64,000 bases of DNA from Candidatus Entotheonellaceae bacterium. GTDB taxonomy: Bacteria > Tectomicrobia > Entotheonellia > Entotheonellales > Entotheonellaceae. The stretch lies in contig OZ250173.1 in NCBI GenBank assembly GCA_965238075.1, positions 960,001 through 1,024,000 of the forward strand. The letters run 5' to 3'. Below are positions 21,347 through 31,367 of this stretch, in pieces. The notes under the pieces were generated by a model. The model was not told where the DNA came from, made no database searches, and was given only the letters and a program-made list of their open reading frames with translations. Position numbers and translations under genes: made by a program. Position 1 is the first letter of the stretch, and every line of letters begins with the position of its first letter.

Positions 21347-22741
21347 ATGTACACCCTACGCGCTCCGAAATGGCTTCCAACCTTGTTGCTTCTCGTCGCG
21401 TTCGCGGTCGCGTTCACGACGGCAGTGGCGCTGGCCCAAGACACCGCACCGGCGCCGGAGGCCACTGAGTCCGTCGCCGCCGAGGCAGCGGCACCGGCCG
21501 AGGACACCGTGTCCATGGGCGTTTTCACGGCCAACAACCTGTGGATGATGCTCTGCACCGGCTTGGTCTTCCTCATGCACCTGGGCTTCGCCACGCTGGA
21601 AAGCGGGCTGACGCAGCAGAAAAACACGGTCAACATCCTGTTCAAGAACACGTTTATCATCTGTTTCGGAATTATCAGTTACGCCTATATCGGCTTTAAC
21701 CTGATGTATCCGGGGGATGGATTTAATGGCTTCCTGGGCTTCGCGGGATTCGGGTTGGGCACCGACGCGGCGGGCGTCACGCAGGCTTACAACGTGGGCT
21801 ACACGTATTGGACGGACTTCCTGTTCCAGGCCATGTTTGCGGCGACCGCGGCTACCATCGTTTCCGGCGCCGTGGCCGAACGCATCAAGCTGAGCTCGTT
21901 CATGATCTTCACGGTGCTATACGTGAGCTTAATATACCCCTGGGCCGGCTCCTGGAAATGGGGCGGCGGTTGGCTGGATGCCATGGGCTTCTACGACTTC
22001 GCCGGTTCCACGCTGGTGCACAGCGTCGGCGGCTGGGCTGCCCTCATCGGCACCATCATGCTGGGCGCCCGGCGCGGCAAATATGTGGGCGACAGGATTC
22101 GCGCCCTCCCCGGCCACAACATGCCGCTGGCCACCATTGGCGTCTTTCTGCTGTGGCTCGGCTGGTTCGGGTTTAACGGCGGCTCCGTCCTGAGCGCCGA
22201 TCCGGCAGCCACCTCGCTGACCCTGATGACCACGTGCATCGCCGCCGCTGCCGGTGGCCTGGGCGCCATGTACACCTCCTGGATTTTCTCCAAGAAGCCG
22301 GACCTGTCCATGGGCTTGAACGGCATTCTGGCCGGACTGGTAGGCATCACCGCCGGCGCCGATCTCATGGGCCTGCACTCGGCCTTCTTCATCGGCTTGA
22401 TCGCCGGTGTGATCGTGTATTTCTCGGTCGTCCTTTTCGACCGCATCCGGGTGGATGATCCGGTGGGCGCCGTGTCCGTCCACCTCGTCTGCGGCATCTG
22501 GGGCACCCTGGCGGTCGGCATCTTCGGCGCCAAGGCCGGTGCCGGACAATTCGTCACGCAGATCATCGGCGTCGTCTCCTACGGCGTTGTCTGCGTGGTC
22601 GCCTCCCTGGTGTTCTTCAGCATTATCAAGTCCGTAATCGGTCTGCGGGTGTCGGAAGAAGAGGAAGTGGAAGGGCTGGATCAAGGCGAGCACGGCATGC
22701 CGGCGTACAGCGATTTCGTTTCCGCCACCAATCCCCGCTAA
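21347..22741 (+). CDS. amtB: Ammonium transporter
   Basis: FQAMFA, SGAVAER, DFAGSTLVH, WFGFNGGS, DDPVGAVSVH; RBS AGGAGG. Confidence 0.97.
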   Translation: MYTLRAPKWLPTLLLLVAFAVAFTTAVALAQDTAPAPEATESVAAEAAAPAEDTVSMGVFTANNLWMMLCTGLVFLMHLGFATLESGLTQQKNTVNILFKNTFIICFGIISYAYIGFNLMYPGDGFNGFLGFAGFGLGTDAAGVTQAYNVGYTYWTDFLFQAMFAATAATIVSGAVAERIKLSSFMIFTVLYVSLIYPWAGSWKWGGGWLDAMGFYDFAGSTLVHSVGGWAALIGTIMLGARRGKYVGDRIRALPGHNMPLATIGVFLLWLGWFGFNGGSVLSADPAATSLTLMTTCIAAAAGGLGAMYTSWIFSKKPDLSMGLNGILAGLVGITAGADLMGLHSAFFIGLIAGVIVYFSVVLFDRIRVDDPVGAVSVHLVCGIWGTLAVGIFGAKAGAGQFVTQIIGVVSYGVVCVVASLVFFSIIKSVIGLRVSEEEEVEGLDQGEHGMPAYSDFVSATNPR

Positions 22742-22827
22742 AGGGGCCATGATGCGTGGCGAGTGGCCGCGGCGCCGGTTCACTCGCCACGGGTCTTCCG
22801 GTGTCCTTCGTTTGTCCCGTAACCCTC

Positions 22828-23886
22828 TTACAGCAAGGCGCCCAGCGCCTCGACAAAACTGGCCATGTCGTCGTCGGTTCCCACCGTCACGCGCAGGGAG
22901 TCGGCGACCAGCGGAGCGGGGAAGTAGCGCACCAGGATGCGGCGCGCTTCGAGGGCTCGATAGACCTCGGCGGCGCGTCCATCCGGGATGCGTGGAAACA
23001 CGAAGTTGCTCCGTGAAGGCGGTACGTGCAGCCCCATGGCCGTCAACGCCTCCAGGACCTTTGTGCGGGTGTCGACGATGCGGCTCGTCGTCTCACGCAG
23101 CCACGCCTGATCCTGCAGCGCCGCGCAACCGGCCACAATCGCCAGGCGGTCGAGGTTGTACGAATCCTTCACCTTCATCATCTGCGCAATGACTTCCCGC
23201 CGCGCGAAACCCAGCCCCAAGCGCATGCCCGCCAGCGCGTACGATTTCGAGAATGTCCGCACCACGATCAAATTGGGAAACTCGGGCAATAGGTCGATGG
23301 CGCTCTCACCGGCAAAATCGGCGTAGGCTTCATCCAGCACCACCATGCTGTCGCTGCGGGCCAGGAAGTCGCGCAGCGCACCGGCCGGATGCAGCACGCC
23401 GGTAGGGGCGTTGGGATTGACGATGAAAACCAGTTTGGCGCCGCAGGCGTCGAGGCCGTCTGGCAGGGTGTAATCGGGGCCCATGGGGATTTCCCGGTAG
23501 TCGGCATCCTGCAACGCCCCGAGCACTTGGTACAGCGAGTAGCTCGGCGCCGGCGTGACAAGCTTGTCCCCGGCGTCCAGAAAGGTACGGAAAATCATCG
23601 TCAGCACGTCGTCGGAACCGTTACCAACGATGACCTCATCCACCGCGCAGCCGTAGTGTCGGGCGGCCTGCTCGCGCAGCGGCGTGGCCAGCGGATCGCT
23701 GTAAAACCGCAGGTCCGCGTTGACCGCCTGCCGCAGCGCCGCGAGTACGGTGGGCGACGGCGGGTAGGGATTTTCGTTGGTGTTCAGCTTGACGTACTGC
23801 CCTTGCGCGGGCTGCTTGCCCGGAACGTACCCGTGCATCGTCCGAATGCAGCCGCGAACCCGCCCGAGCACCGAGTCAATGTGCAT
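22828..23886 (-). CDS. hisC: Histidinol-phosphate aminotransferase
   Basis: KLNTNENPYPP, NPNAPTG, DEAY, RTFSKSYALAGMRLG. Confidence 0.95.
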   Translation of the reverse strand: MHIDSVLGRVRGCIRTMHGYVPGKQPAQGQYVKLNTNENPYPPSPTVLAALRQAVNADLRFYSDPLATPLREQAARHYGCAVDEVIVGNGSDDVLTMIFRTFLDAGDKLVTPAPSYSLYQVLGALQDADYREIPMGPDYTLPDGLDACGAKLVFIVNPNAPTGVLHPAGALRDFLARSDSMVVLDEAYADFAGESAIDLLPEFPNLIVVRTFSKSYALAGMRLGLGFARREVIAQMMKVKDSYNLDRLAIVAGCAALQDQAWLRETTSRIVDTRTKVLEALTAMGLHVPPSRSNFVFPRIPDGRAAEVYRALEARRILVRYFPAPLVADSLRVTVGTDDDMASFVEALGALL

Positions 23887-24090
23887 CTGTCTGTCCTCTT
23901 CTATGAAACCGTCCCAAGCCGCACCGGGCCGCCTGCGTTTGCGCTGGCAGCGTGATTTTTCTTGCTGTTCAGGGCGCGGTATTATAGCAAACGTACGGGA
24001 TTGGCATGCTGCCGTATGGCGTCATCATGCGCCCCGCGTCACGATGGCGTCCATGGGCATAGGGACACAAACGGGGAGAAGGGGAAAGAA

Positions 24091-25725
24091 ATGGGGGCGG
24101 TTGACAAAACCGGCTGGGTACTGGGCACGGTCCTGGCCAAGCAAGGGGCGGCCTTGCGCGACAAGCCGTTTGTGCAGTTCCAGGACAACCCGCCCCATAC
24201 CTTTGGCGACATGGACGCGCGGGCCAACCGGGTGGCCAACGGCTTGGCGGCCATGGGTGTGCAGCGCGACGAACGGGTTTTGCTGATGATGCCCAACAGC
24301 ATCGCCTTCCTCGACGCCTGGTTCGGTATCAACCGCCTGGGCGCCTGCATGGTGCCGATCAACACCGCCTACAAGGGCGGCTTCCTCGAACACGTGATCA
24401 ACAACGCCGCCATCCACGGCAGCGCCCGCGTGATGATCATCGGCCGCGAATTCGTGCCCATGCTGCAAGCCAGCGAGGATCGCGTACCGCATCTCGAAAC
24501 CGTTGTCGTCAGGGACGCCGAGGGTTCGGAGATGGACCTGCCGACCTTCTCACGGCTTCGCGCGGTTTCCTTCGGTACGCTGCTCAACGCCCCGGCCACC
24601 CCCGTGAACGTGCCCGTTGCCTACCACGATATCGGCGCCATCATGTACACCTCCGGCACGACCGGCCCGTCCAAAGGCGTGTTGATGCCCCACGCCCACC
24701 TCTACCTATACGGGCACGCCAAGATCGAAGCCATTCGTCTCACGCCGGACGACGTGTATTACTGCTGCATGCCGCTGTTTCACGCCAACGCCCTGCTCAT
24801 GCAGGTGTACAGCGCCCTGATCGTCGGCTGCCGGCTCGTTCTGGCGCGCTCGTTCAGCGCCAGCCGATGGCTCGACGACGTGCGTCGATGCGGGGCAACC
24901 GTCACCAACACCCTCGGCGTGATGACCGAGTTCATCTACCGGCAGCCCGTCCGCGCCGAGGACTGCGACCACCGCTTGCGCGTCGTCGTCGCTGTGCCGA
25001 TCGCCCCGGAATGGGGGGAGGCGTTCCAACAACGCTTCAACACCAAACTGTTGGAGGTCTACGGCATGACCGAGGTGAACATCCCCACCTACATCCCCTA
25101 CGACGAGGGGCTGCGGGCCAATTCTTGCGGCAAGGTGCTGGACGAGTGGTTCGAGATGGCCATCGTCGATCCCGATACGGATGAGAAGTTGCCGCCCGAT
25201 ACGGTGGGCGAGATGGTCGTACGACCCAAGGAACCGTGGACGTTCATGGCCGGCTACCACGCCATGCCGGAAAAAACGGTGGAGGCCTGGCGCAATTTCT
25301 GGTTCCACACCGGAGACGCCGGAACGCGCGACGCGGAAGGCTATTTCTACTTCGTGGATCGCATGAAGGATTGTATTCGTCGGCGGGGAGAGAACATTTC
25401 ATCCTACGAAATCGAGCAGGTTCTGAACGACCACCCCGCCATTGCCGAGTCTGCCGCCGTTGCGGTCAAGTCCAGCGTTGCCGGCGGCGAAGACGAGGTC
25501 AAAGCCTGCGTGCTGCTGCGCCCCGGCGTACAACTCCAGCCGGAGGAATTGCTCGATTACTGCCAGGAACGCATGCCCTACTTCGCGGTGCCACGATATG
25601 TAGAGTTCATCAGCGACATGCCCAAGACACCTACGGAAAAACTGCGCAAACACATCCTGCGAGAGGCGGGCGTCACTCCGGCGACCTGGGACCGCGAGGT
25701 TGCAGGTTACGTCGTGAAGCGGTGA
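24091..25725 (+). CDS. CaiC-like ATP-dependent acyl-CoA ligase
   Basis: YTSGTTGPSKG, YGMTE, WFHTGD, RRRGENISS, PKTPTEK. Confidence 0.9.
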   Translation: MGAVDKTGWVLGTVLAKQGAALRDKPFVQFQDNPPHTFGDMDARANRVANGLAAMGVQRDERVLLMMPNSIAFLDAWFGINRLGACMVPINTAYKGGFLEHVINNAAIHGSARVMIIGREFVPMLQASEDRVPHLETVVVRDAEGSEMDLPTFSRLRAVSFGTLLNAPATPVNVPVAYHDIGAIMYTSGTTGPSKGVLMPHAHLYLYGHAKIEAIRLTPDDVYYCCMPLFHANALLMQVYSALIVGCRLVLARSFSASRWLDDVRRCGATVTNTLGVMTEFIYRQPVRAEDCDHRLRVVVAVPIAPEWGEAFQQRFNTKLLEVYGMTEVNIPTYIPYDEGLRANSCGKVLDEWFEMAIVDPDTDEKLPPDTVGEMVVRPKEPWTFMAGYHAMPEKTVEAWRNFWFHTGDAGTRDAEGYFYFVDRMKDCIRRRGENISSYEIEQVLNDHPAIAESAAVAVKSSVAGGEDEVKACVLLRPGVQLQPEELLDYCQERMPYFAVPRYVEFISDMPKTPTEKLRKHILREAGVTPATWDREVAGYVVKR

Positions 25726-26147
25726 GAGAGAAGGCGTTTGGAGAAGAGGACCCGATCAGAGGCCACGGCCTTCACGATAGCCCTGGCAAAATTGGGGCTC
25801 TCGGGATTCACGACGAGCGTCCGCGCCGGCGGCGACACCAGCACGTCCATATCCTCCATCGGAACCGCCCCCAGGAGCACTTCACCGCCAAGTACCAATG
25901 CGCCGGTCAGGCATTGTCGGTTTTCGAACTTCACCAGGACAGGCCCCACGTAAGGCGCCAGATGCGTCGCCCCGTCGGCAGTCGTCACTTCGCGTTTTTC
26001 CAGTTCTTGCAGTCCGAGTTGAACCGCGACGTGCACCGGGACGCAAAGCAGAAGCGCCCCGGTGTCCACCAGGGAATCGACGGTCATCGGCTTGATTGTC
26101 GGATTTTTTGCATTTGCCAGTTCGATCTTGGCCCTTACCAGTCCCAC
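25707..26147 (-). CDS. Clan AA aspartic protease (AF_0612-like)
   Basis: GTG start after AAGGAG; MGLVRAKIELAN...LVDTGA...VLLGAVPMEDMD. Confidence 0.85.
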   Translation of the reverse strand: MGLVRAKIELANAKNPTIKPMTVDSLVDTGALLLCVPVHVAVQLGLQELEKREVTTADGATHLAPYVGPVLVKFENRQCLTGALVLGGEVLLGAVPMEDMDVLVSPPARTLVVNPESPNFARAIVKAVASDRVLFSKRLLSHRFTT

Positions 26148-26218
26148 CTCTTTCTCCTTTGGCATTCCGCGCAGCAAGCGAATCGACGGGTCTGATTAGA
26201 AGCTCGTCATCCGCCTGC

Positions 26219-28579
26219 CTACTCCGACATCCATGCCGGCAGGTCCTTGGAAAGGTCGGCCAGTTCCAAGTCGGGGATGGCGTTGCGAATGACGTCGTCG
26301 AACTGCTCGGCCAGAAGAAATTCCATCTCGTCACGTACTGCATCGGGAAGTTTGCGCAGGTCCTTGGCATTGGCCTTGGGCAAGATGACGCGCCGGAAGC
26401 CGGCACGGCGCGCCGCCAGGACCTTTTCCTTCACCCCGCCAACGGGCAACACCAGGCCAGCCAGGGTGATCTCGCCAGTCATGGCGGTATCCGAACGCAC
26501 CGGTGTATGGGTCAGCAGCGACGTCAGCGCGGCAGCCACGGCGATGCCCGCCGAAGGGCCGTCCTTGGGGATGGCGCCGGCGGGCACGTGCACGTGCATG
26601 CCGTTGGTCTCAAAGTTTTTGGCCTGAATGTCCAGGCGTCCGGCGGCGGACCACAGAAGATCGCGGGCGATCTCTGCCGATTCCCGCATCACCTCGCCGA
26701 GCTGCCCGGTCAGCGTCAGCCCCTTACCCCCTGGGAGCAACTGCGCCTCGATGTACAACACGTCTCCCCCTGCCGGGGTAACCGCCAGGCCGGCGGCGAC
26801 GCCGGGCGCCAAGTTCTGGCGGGCTTCCTCCAGCAGGTTTGTCTCCGGCCCCAACAGGTCATCTAGATCGTCCACCTCCAGGCTTTCGCGTAACGTCTCC
26901 TGCACGGCCACTTGGCGAGCGATTTTGCGTGCCACCTGGCCGATCATGCGCTCGAGTTGGCGCACCCCGGCCTCGTGCGTGTAATGGTTGATGATGGTCT
27001 GCAGCGCCGCCTCACTCAGCGGTAACTGCTCAGCCGACAGACCGTTTCGCTCCACCTGCCGCGGCAGGAGGTAGCGCCAGGCGATTTCCAGTTTTTCCTC
27101 GGCGCTGTAGCCCGCCAGCGTCATGCTTTCCAGGCGGTCGATGAGCGCCGCGGGTATTGTTTCCAGGGTATTTGCTGTACAGATGAAAAAAACGTTCGAC
27201 AGGTCAAACGGCAGGTCGAGGTAGTGATCTCGGAACGTGTGATTCTGGGCGGGGTCGAGAATCTCCAGCAGGGCTGCCGCCGGGTCGCCGCGAAAATCTC
27301 GCCCGAGCTTGTCGACTTCATCAAGCATCAGAACCGGATTGCGCACCTCTGAGCGCCGGATGGCCTGCAGGATGCGGCCGGGCAGCGAGCCGATGTAGGT
27401 GCGGCGGTGCCCCCGCAGTTCGGCTTCATCGTGCACGCCGCCGAGAGAAAACCGCTCGAAGCGCCGCCCCAGCGCCCGCGCGATGGAGTGCCCCAGGCTG
27501 GTCTTGCCGACGCCCGGTGGTCCCACGAAGCACAGAATCGGGCTGGGGGCTCCCGGCTTGAGCTGCATCACGGCCAAGTGCTCGATGATGCGATCCTTGA
27601 TGTCGTCCAGCCCGAAGTGGTCTTCGTTCAGAATATTCTGGGCGCGTTTCAGGTCGAGCTGATCAACCGTCGCCGCGGTCCACGGCAATTCCAGAGCAAA
27701 CTCGAGGTAGCTGCGCAGCAACTGGTGATCCGGCGCCATCGGCGTCAACCGCTGCAACCGCGACACCTCACGATCGAGCTCCTTGCGCACCTCGTCCGGA
27801 AGTTCCGTCTCCGCCAGGCGTTCACGCAGCACGTCAACGTCGCCTTGGTCCTCATCCTCCCCGAGTTCCTTCTTGATCTGCCTGAGTTGCTGCCGCAACA
27901 CGTACTCCCGCTGTGCCTTGTCGAGCTCCACTTGCGTCTCGCCGGCAATCTTGCGGCGCAGACTGAGGATTTGCACCTCGCGCGACAGGTGTTCCGCAAT
28001 CTGCTCCAACAGGGGCCGCAGGTTGTCCGTCATCAACAACTCGATTTCCTGCTGGGTGTCGATGTTGAGCACGGTGGCAATCAGGTAAGCCAGCTTGACG
28101 GGTTCCACCGTGTTGATGAGCAGGTTCGCCATGTCCTCGGGAATCGTATCCAGGTACTGGACCGCCTGCCGAACCAAGTCCTGGGTGTTGCGGAACAGGG
28201 CGGTCACTTCGGTGGAATTGTCCTCGGGCTCGGCCAGCGGACGCACGGCAACGCGCATGTAGTCGCTGGATTCGACCTCGTGAAGCAGTTCGACACGCTC
28301 GACGCCTTGCAGGACGAGTTGCAGAACGTTTTCGTGACGCTGGATGACGCGCTTGACCACCGCCAGGGTCGCCGTGGAATACAGGTCCGCGAACTCAGGC
28401 GTCTGAGTCTGGGGTTCGCGTTGCACGGCGGCCACCAACCGCTTGTCTTCCGAGGCCAGGGTGGCTTCGGCAGCGGCTACCGACATGGGCCGACCGACAG
28501 CGACGGGTAGCAGGATGTGGGGAAACAGGACGGTGCTTTTGAGAAGCAATACAGGGTATGTGGGGCTCTCATCCGGCAT
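26219..28579 (-). CDS. lon: Lon protease (endopeptidase La)
   Basis: Lon N-domain, GPPGVGKTS, RGHRRTYIG, PKDGPSAG, GGVKEK; real start at ATG 28579. Confidence 0.96.
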   Translation of the reverse strand: MPDESPTYPVLLLKSTVLFPHILLPVAVGRPMSVAAAEATLASEDKRLVAAVQREPQTQTPEFADLYSTATLAVVKRVIQRHENVLQLVLQGVERVELLHEVESSDYMRVAVRPLAEPEDNSTEVTALFRNTQDLVRQAVQYLDTIPEDMANLLINTVEPVKLAYLIATVLNIDTQQEIELLMTDNLRPLLEQIAEHLSREVQILSLRRKIAGETQVELDKAQREYVLRQQLRQIKKELGEDEDQGDVDVLRERLAETELPDEVRKELDREVSRLQRLTPMAPDHQLLRSYLEFALELPWTAATVDQLDLKRAQNILNEDHFGLDDIKDRIIEHLAVMQLKPGAPSPILCFVGPPGVGKTSLGHSIARALGRRFERFSLGGVHDEAELRGHRRTYIGSLPGRILQAIRRSEVRNPVLMLDEVDKLGRDFRGDPAAALLEILDPAQNHTFRDHYLDLPFDLSNVFFICTANTLETIPAALIDRLESMTLAGYSAEEKLEIAWRYLLPRQVERNGLSAEQLPLSEAALQTIINHYTHEAGVRQLERMIGQVARKIARQVAVQETLRESLEVDDLDDLLGPETNLLEEARQNLAPGVAAGLAVTPAGGDVLYIEAQLLPGGKGLTLTGQLGEVMRESAEIARDLLWSAAGRLDIQAKNFETNGMHVHVPAGAIPKDGPSAGIAVAAALTSLLTHTPVRSDTAMTGEITLAGLVLPVGGVKEKVLAARRAGFRRVILPKANAKDLRKLPDAVRDEMEFLLAEQFDDVIRNAIPDLELADLSKDLPAWMSE

Positions 28580-28673
28580 GCGTGGGTTCTCCCTGAATGC
28601 AGTCACGAATATCAGCGATGCATACGGAGAATAACCCGTCAGTGCGGCCTCCGCATCCCGAATCACTGCACTG

Positions 28674-29768
28674 CTACCAATACAGGAGCGACGCACCCCA
28701 GTTGAAGCCGGTTCCAAAGGCGGCCAGCAGGCACAGGTCGCCGCGTTGGATGCGGCCCTCCTGCAGGGTTTCGTGGAGCAGAATCGGCACGGAAGCGGCA
28801 GAGGTGTTGCCATACTTGCGGATGTTGGTATAGGCCTTTTCAGAGGGAATGCCGAGGCTATCGGCGATGGCGTCGATGATGCGCTGGTTGGCTTGGTGAA
28901 ACAGGAAATGATCAACCTCATCGAGCTGCATCTTGTTGGCTTCCAGGCATTCGCGGATGACCTCCCGGAAGCGCCGCACGGCCTGCGCGAATACAACCCG
29001 CCCCGCCATGCGCGGTCGGGCGCGGTCGGTATCAATGCGGGCCTTGGCCGCGGGCGGGAACGTCGAACTGCCGAAGGTGTCGGCATACAGCTTGTCGAGC
29101 AGCGTGCCGTCGGTGTGTAGATGGTGCGACAACAGGCCGCTGGGCTCGTCGTCCTCGGCCGGCACCAAGATGGCCGCCCCGGCGCCGTCGGCAAACAGCA
29201 CGGACATGTCACGACCGCGGTCGCTGTACTCGAAAAGCGACGACAGCACCTCGGCGCCCAGCACGAGCACCGTGTCATACATGCCGGTCTTGATGTACTG
29301 GTCCGCCATGGACAGCGCATAGACAAACCCGGCGCAGCCCTGGTTGAGGCTGAACGTCGGCGTCGAGGTGAGGCCCAGCTTGTCGGCCAGCACACAGGCG
29401 CTGCCTGGGAAGACGTAATCCGACATCACACTGGTCTGGATGATCAGGTCGAGGTCCTGCGGCTTCATGTTGGCTTGCCGGAGGGCAACCTGAGTGGCGT
29501 TGAAGGCGAGGTCCGCGGTGGACATTTGCGCGCCGATCTTGCCGTCGATGCCGGTGTCGTACAGGGTTTGCAGGTACGCCTCCTTGTCAGGAGCGGCGGC
29601 CAATTGCGTCAGCATCCGGTACGTATCGGGGATGACTCGGCGCTCCTTGATGCCGCTGCGCTGGGTGATCCATTCGTCGCTGGTGTCCATGACCTGAGCG
29701 AGGAGGTCGTTGGTTACCACGTCGTCCGGCACATACATGCCCGTGGCTAGAATCTTGGCCCTGCGCAT
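28674..29768 (-). CDS. fabH: 3-oxoacyl-ACP synthase III family
   Basis: DTSDEWITQRSGI, GCAGF, HQAN, GNTSAAS (Cys-His-Asn triad). Confidence 0.85.
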   Translation of the reverse strand: MRRAKILATGMYVPDDVVTNDLLAQVMDTSDEWITQRSGIKERRVIPDTYRMLTQLAAAPDKEAYLQTLYDTGIDGKIGAQMSTADLAFNATQVALRQANMKPQDLDLIIQTSVMSDYVFPGSACVLADKLGLTSTPTFSLNQGCAGFVYALSMADQYIKTGMYDTVLVLGAEVLSSLFEYSDRGRDMSVLFADGAGAAILVPAEDDEPSGLLSHHLHTDGTLLDKLYADTFGSSTFPPAAKARIDTDRARPRMAGRVVFAQAVRRFREVIRECLEANKMQLDEVDHFLFHQANQRIIDAIADSLGIPSEKAYTNIRKYGNTSAASVPILLHETLQEGRIQRGDLCLLAAFGTGFNWGASLLYW

Positions 29769-29850
29769 CGTTTCCCTTCCTTTAGTGGTTAGTGGATGGT
29801 TCTGCCTTTGCTCTTCACCCCCCACTAACGACGGACCACTGGGTTTTAAC

Positions 29851-31335
29851 CTACGGCAGATTCGTCGTCTTCATCAGATATTCATCGCACGCCCTGGCGG
29901 CGCCGCGTCCTTCGTTGAAGGCCCACACCACCAGGCTTTGCCCGCGGCGCATGTCGCCGGCGCTGAAAACGCCCTCGACGCTGGTGGCATACTTGCCGTA
30001 TTCGGCCTTGACGTTCGAGCGTTCGTCGCGGTCGAGTTCGAGTTCCTCGACGATCTTATCCTCCGGGCCCAGAAAGCCCAGGGCCAACAGCACGAGATCC
30101 GCCGGCCAGGCTTTCTCGGTGCCGGGAACCTTCTGCGGACCGAAGCGACCGTTGGCGTCGGTGCCCCAGGTGACCTGCGCGGTGTGCAACTCCTTGACGT
30201 TGCCGTCCGCATCGCCGACGAATTTCTCCGTCATGATGTCGAACGTGCGCGGGTCATTGCCGAAGCGTGCAGCGGCCTCTTCCTGCCCGTAATCCGCCCG
30301 GTAAATGCGCGGCCATTCCGGCCACGGGTTGTTCGACGGGCGCTCGTCCGGCGGGCGCGACAGGATCTCGAACTGCTCCAGGCTCATGCATTGGTGCCGC
30401 ATTGAAGTACCCACACAGTCCGTGCCGGTGTCGCCGCCGCCGATGACGATGACGTGCTTGTCGCGGGCCGAGATGTAGTTCTGATCGGCGTGGTCGGAAT
30501 CGAGCAGGCTCTTGGTGTTGGCGTGCAGAAACTCCATGGCGAAGTGGATGCCCTTCAGGTCGCGGCCCGGAATCGGCAGGTCGCGCGGTTTTGTCGCGCC
30601 ACAGCACAGCACCATCGCGTCCGAATCCTGGAGGATGGCCGTCGCCGGGATATCGACGCCAACGGCGGTGTTGGTGACAAACGTGATGCCCTCCTGGGCC
30701 AGCAGGTCGACACGACGCTGCACGATGCTCTTGTCGAGCTTCATGTTCGGGATGCCGTACATCAAGAGCCCGCCGATGCGGTCGGCGCGTTCGTGCACTG
30801 TGACCAGATGCCCGGCGCGGTTCAATTGCGCGGCGCACGACAGCCCCGAGGGTCCCGAGCCGATCACCGCAACCCGCTTGCCGGTACGTTTTCCGGGCGG
30901 CTGCGGCGTCACCCAACCTTCTTCGAACCCCTTGTCGATAATCTGGCACTCGATGTTTTTGATCGTCACCGGCGGATCGGTAATCCCCAGCACGCAGGAC
31001 CCCTCGCAGGGCGCCGGGCAGACGCGGCCCGTAAATTCAGGGAAGTTGTTGGTCTTGTGGAGGCGTTCCAGGGCCTCCCGCCACAGGCCGCGGTAAACCA
31101 GGTCGTTCCACTCTGGGATGAGGTTGTTGATCGGACACCCCGACGCCATGCCGCCGATCAGGGTGCCGGTGTGGCAGAAGGGAATGCCGCAATCCATGCA
31201 GCGGCTGGCCTGGTCCTCCAGCTTCCCGATCAGGAAGTGTTCGTGGAATTCCTGCCAATCCTTGACCCGTTCGCGCGGCGAGCGATCCACAGGCAATTCG
31301 CGTTGATATTCCATGAATCCGGTCGGCTTACCCAC
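29851..31335 (-). CDS. gltD: Glutamate synthase small subunit
   Basis: [38 protein letters not shown]. Confidence 0.97.
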   Translation of the reverse strand: MGKPTGFMEYQRELPVDRSPRERVKDWQEFHEHFLIGKLEDQASRCMDCGIPFCHTGTLIGGMASGCPINNLIPEWNDLVYRGLWREALERLHKTNNFPEFTGRVCPAPCEGSCVLGITDPPVTIKNIECQIIDKGFEEGWVTPQPPGKRTGKRVAVIGSGPSGLSCAAQLNRAGHLVTVHERADRIGGLLMYGIPNMKLDKSIVQRRVDLLAQEGITFVTNTAVGVDIPATAILQDSDAMVLCCGATKPRDLPIPGRDLKGIHFAMEFLHANTKSLLDSDHADQNYISARDKHVIVIGGGDTGTDCVGTSMRHQCMSLEQFEILSRPPDERPSNNPWPEWPRIYRADYGQEEAAARFGNDPRTFDIMTEKFVGDADGNVKELHTAQVTWGTDANGRFGPQKVPGTEKAWPADLVLLALGFLGPEDKIVEELELDRDERSNVKAEYGKYATSVEGVFSAGDMRRGQSLVVWAFNEGRGAARACDEYLMKTTNLP

Positions 31336-31367
31336 TACGTCTCCTCCAGCAATCCACTGCCCTGCGC

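Noticed and set aside
28580-29395. Apparent 271-aa N-terminal extension of Lon
   Set aside because: It overlaps fabH in another frame; Lon homology begins at ATG 28579.
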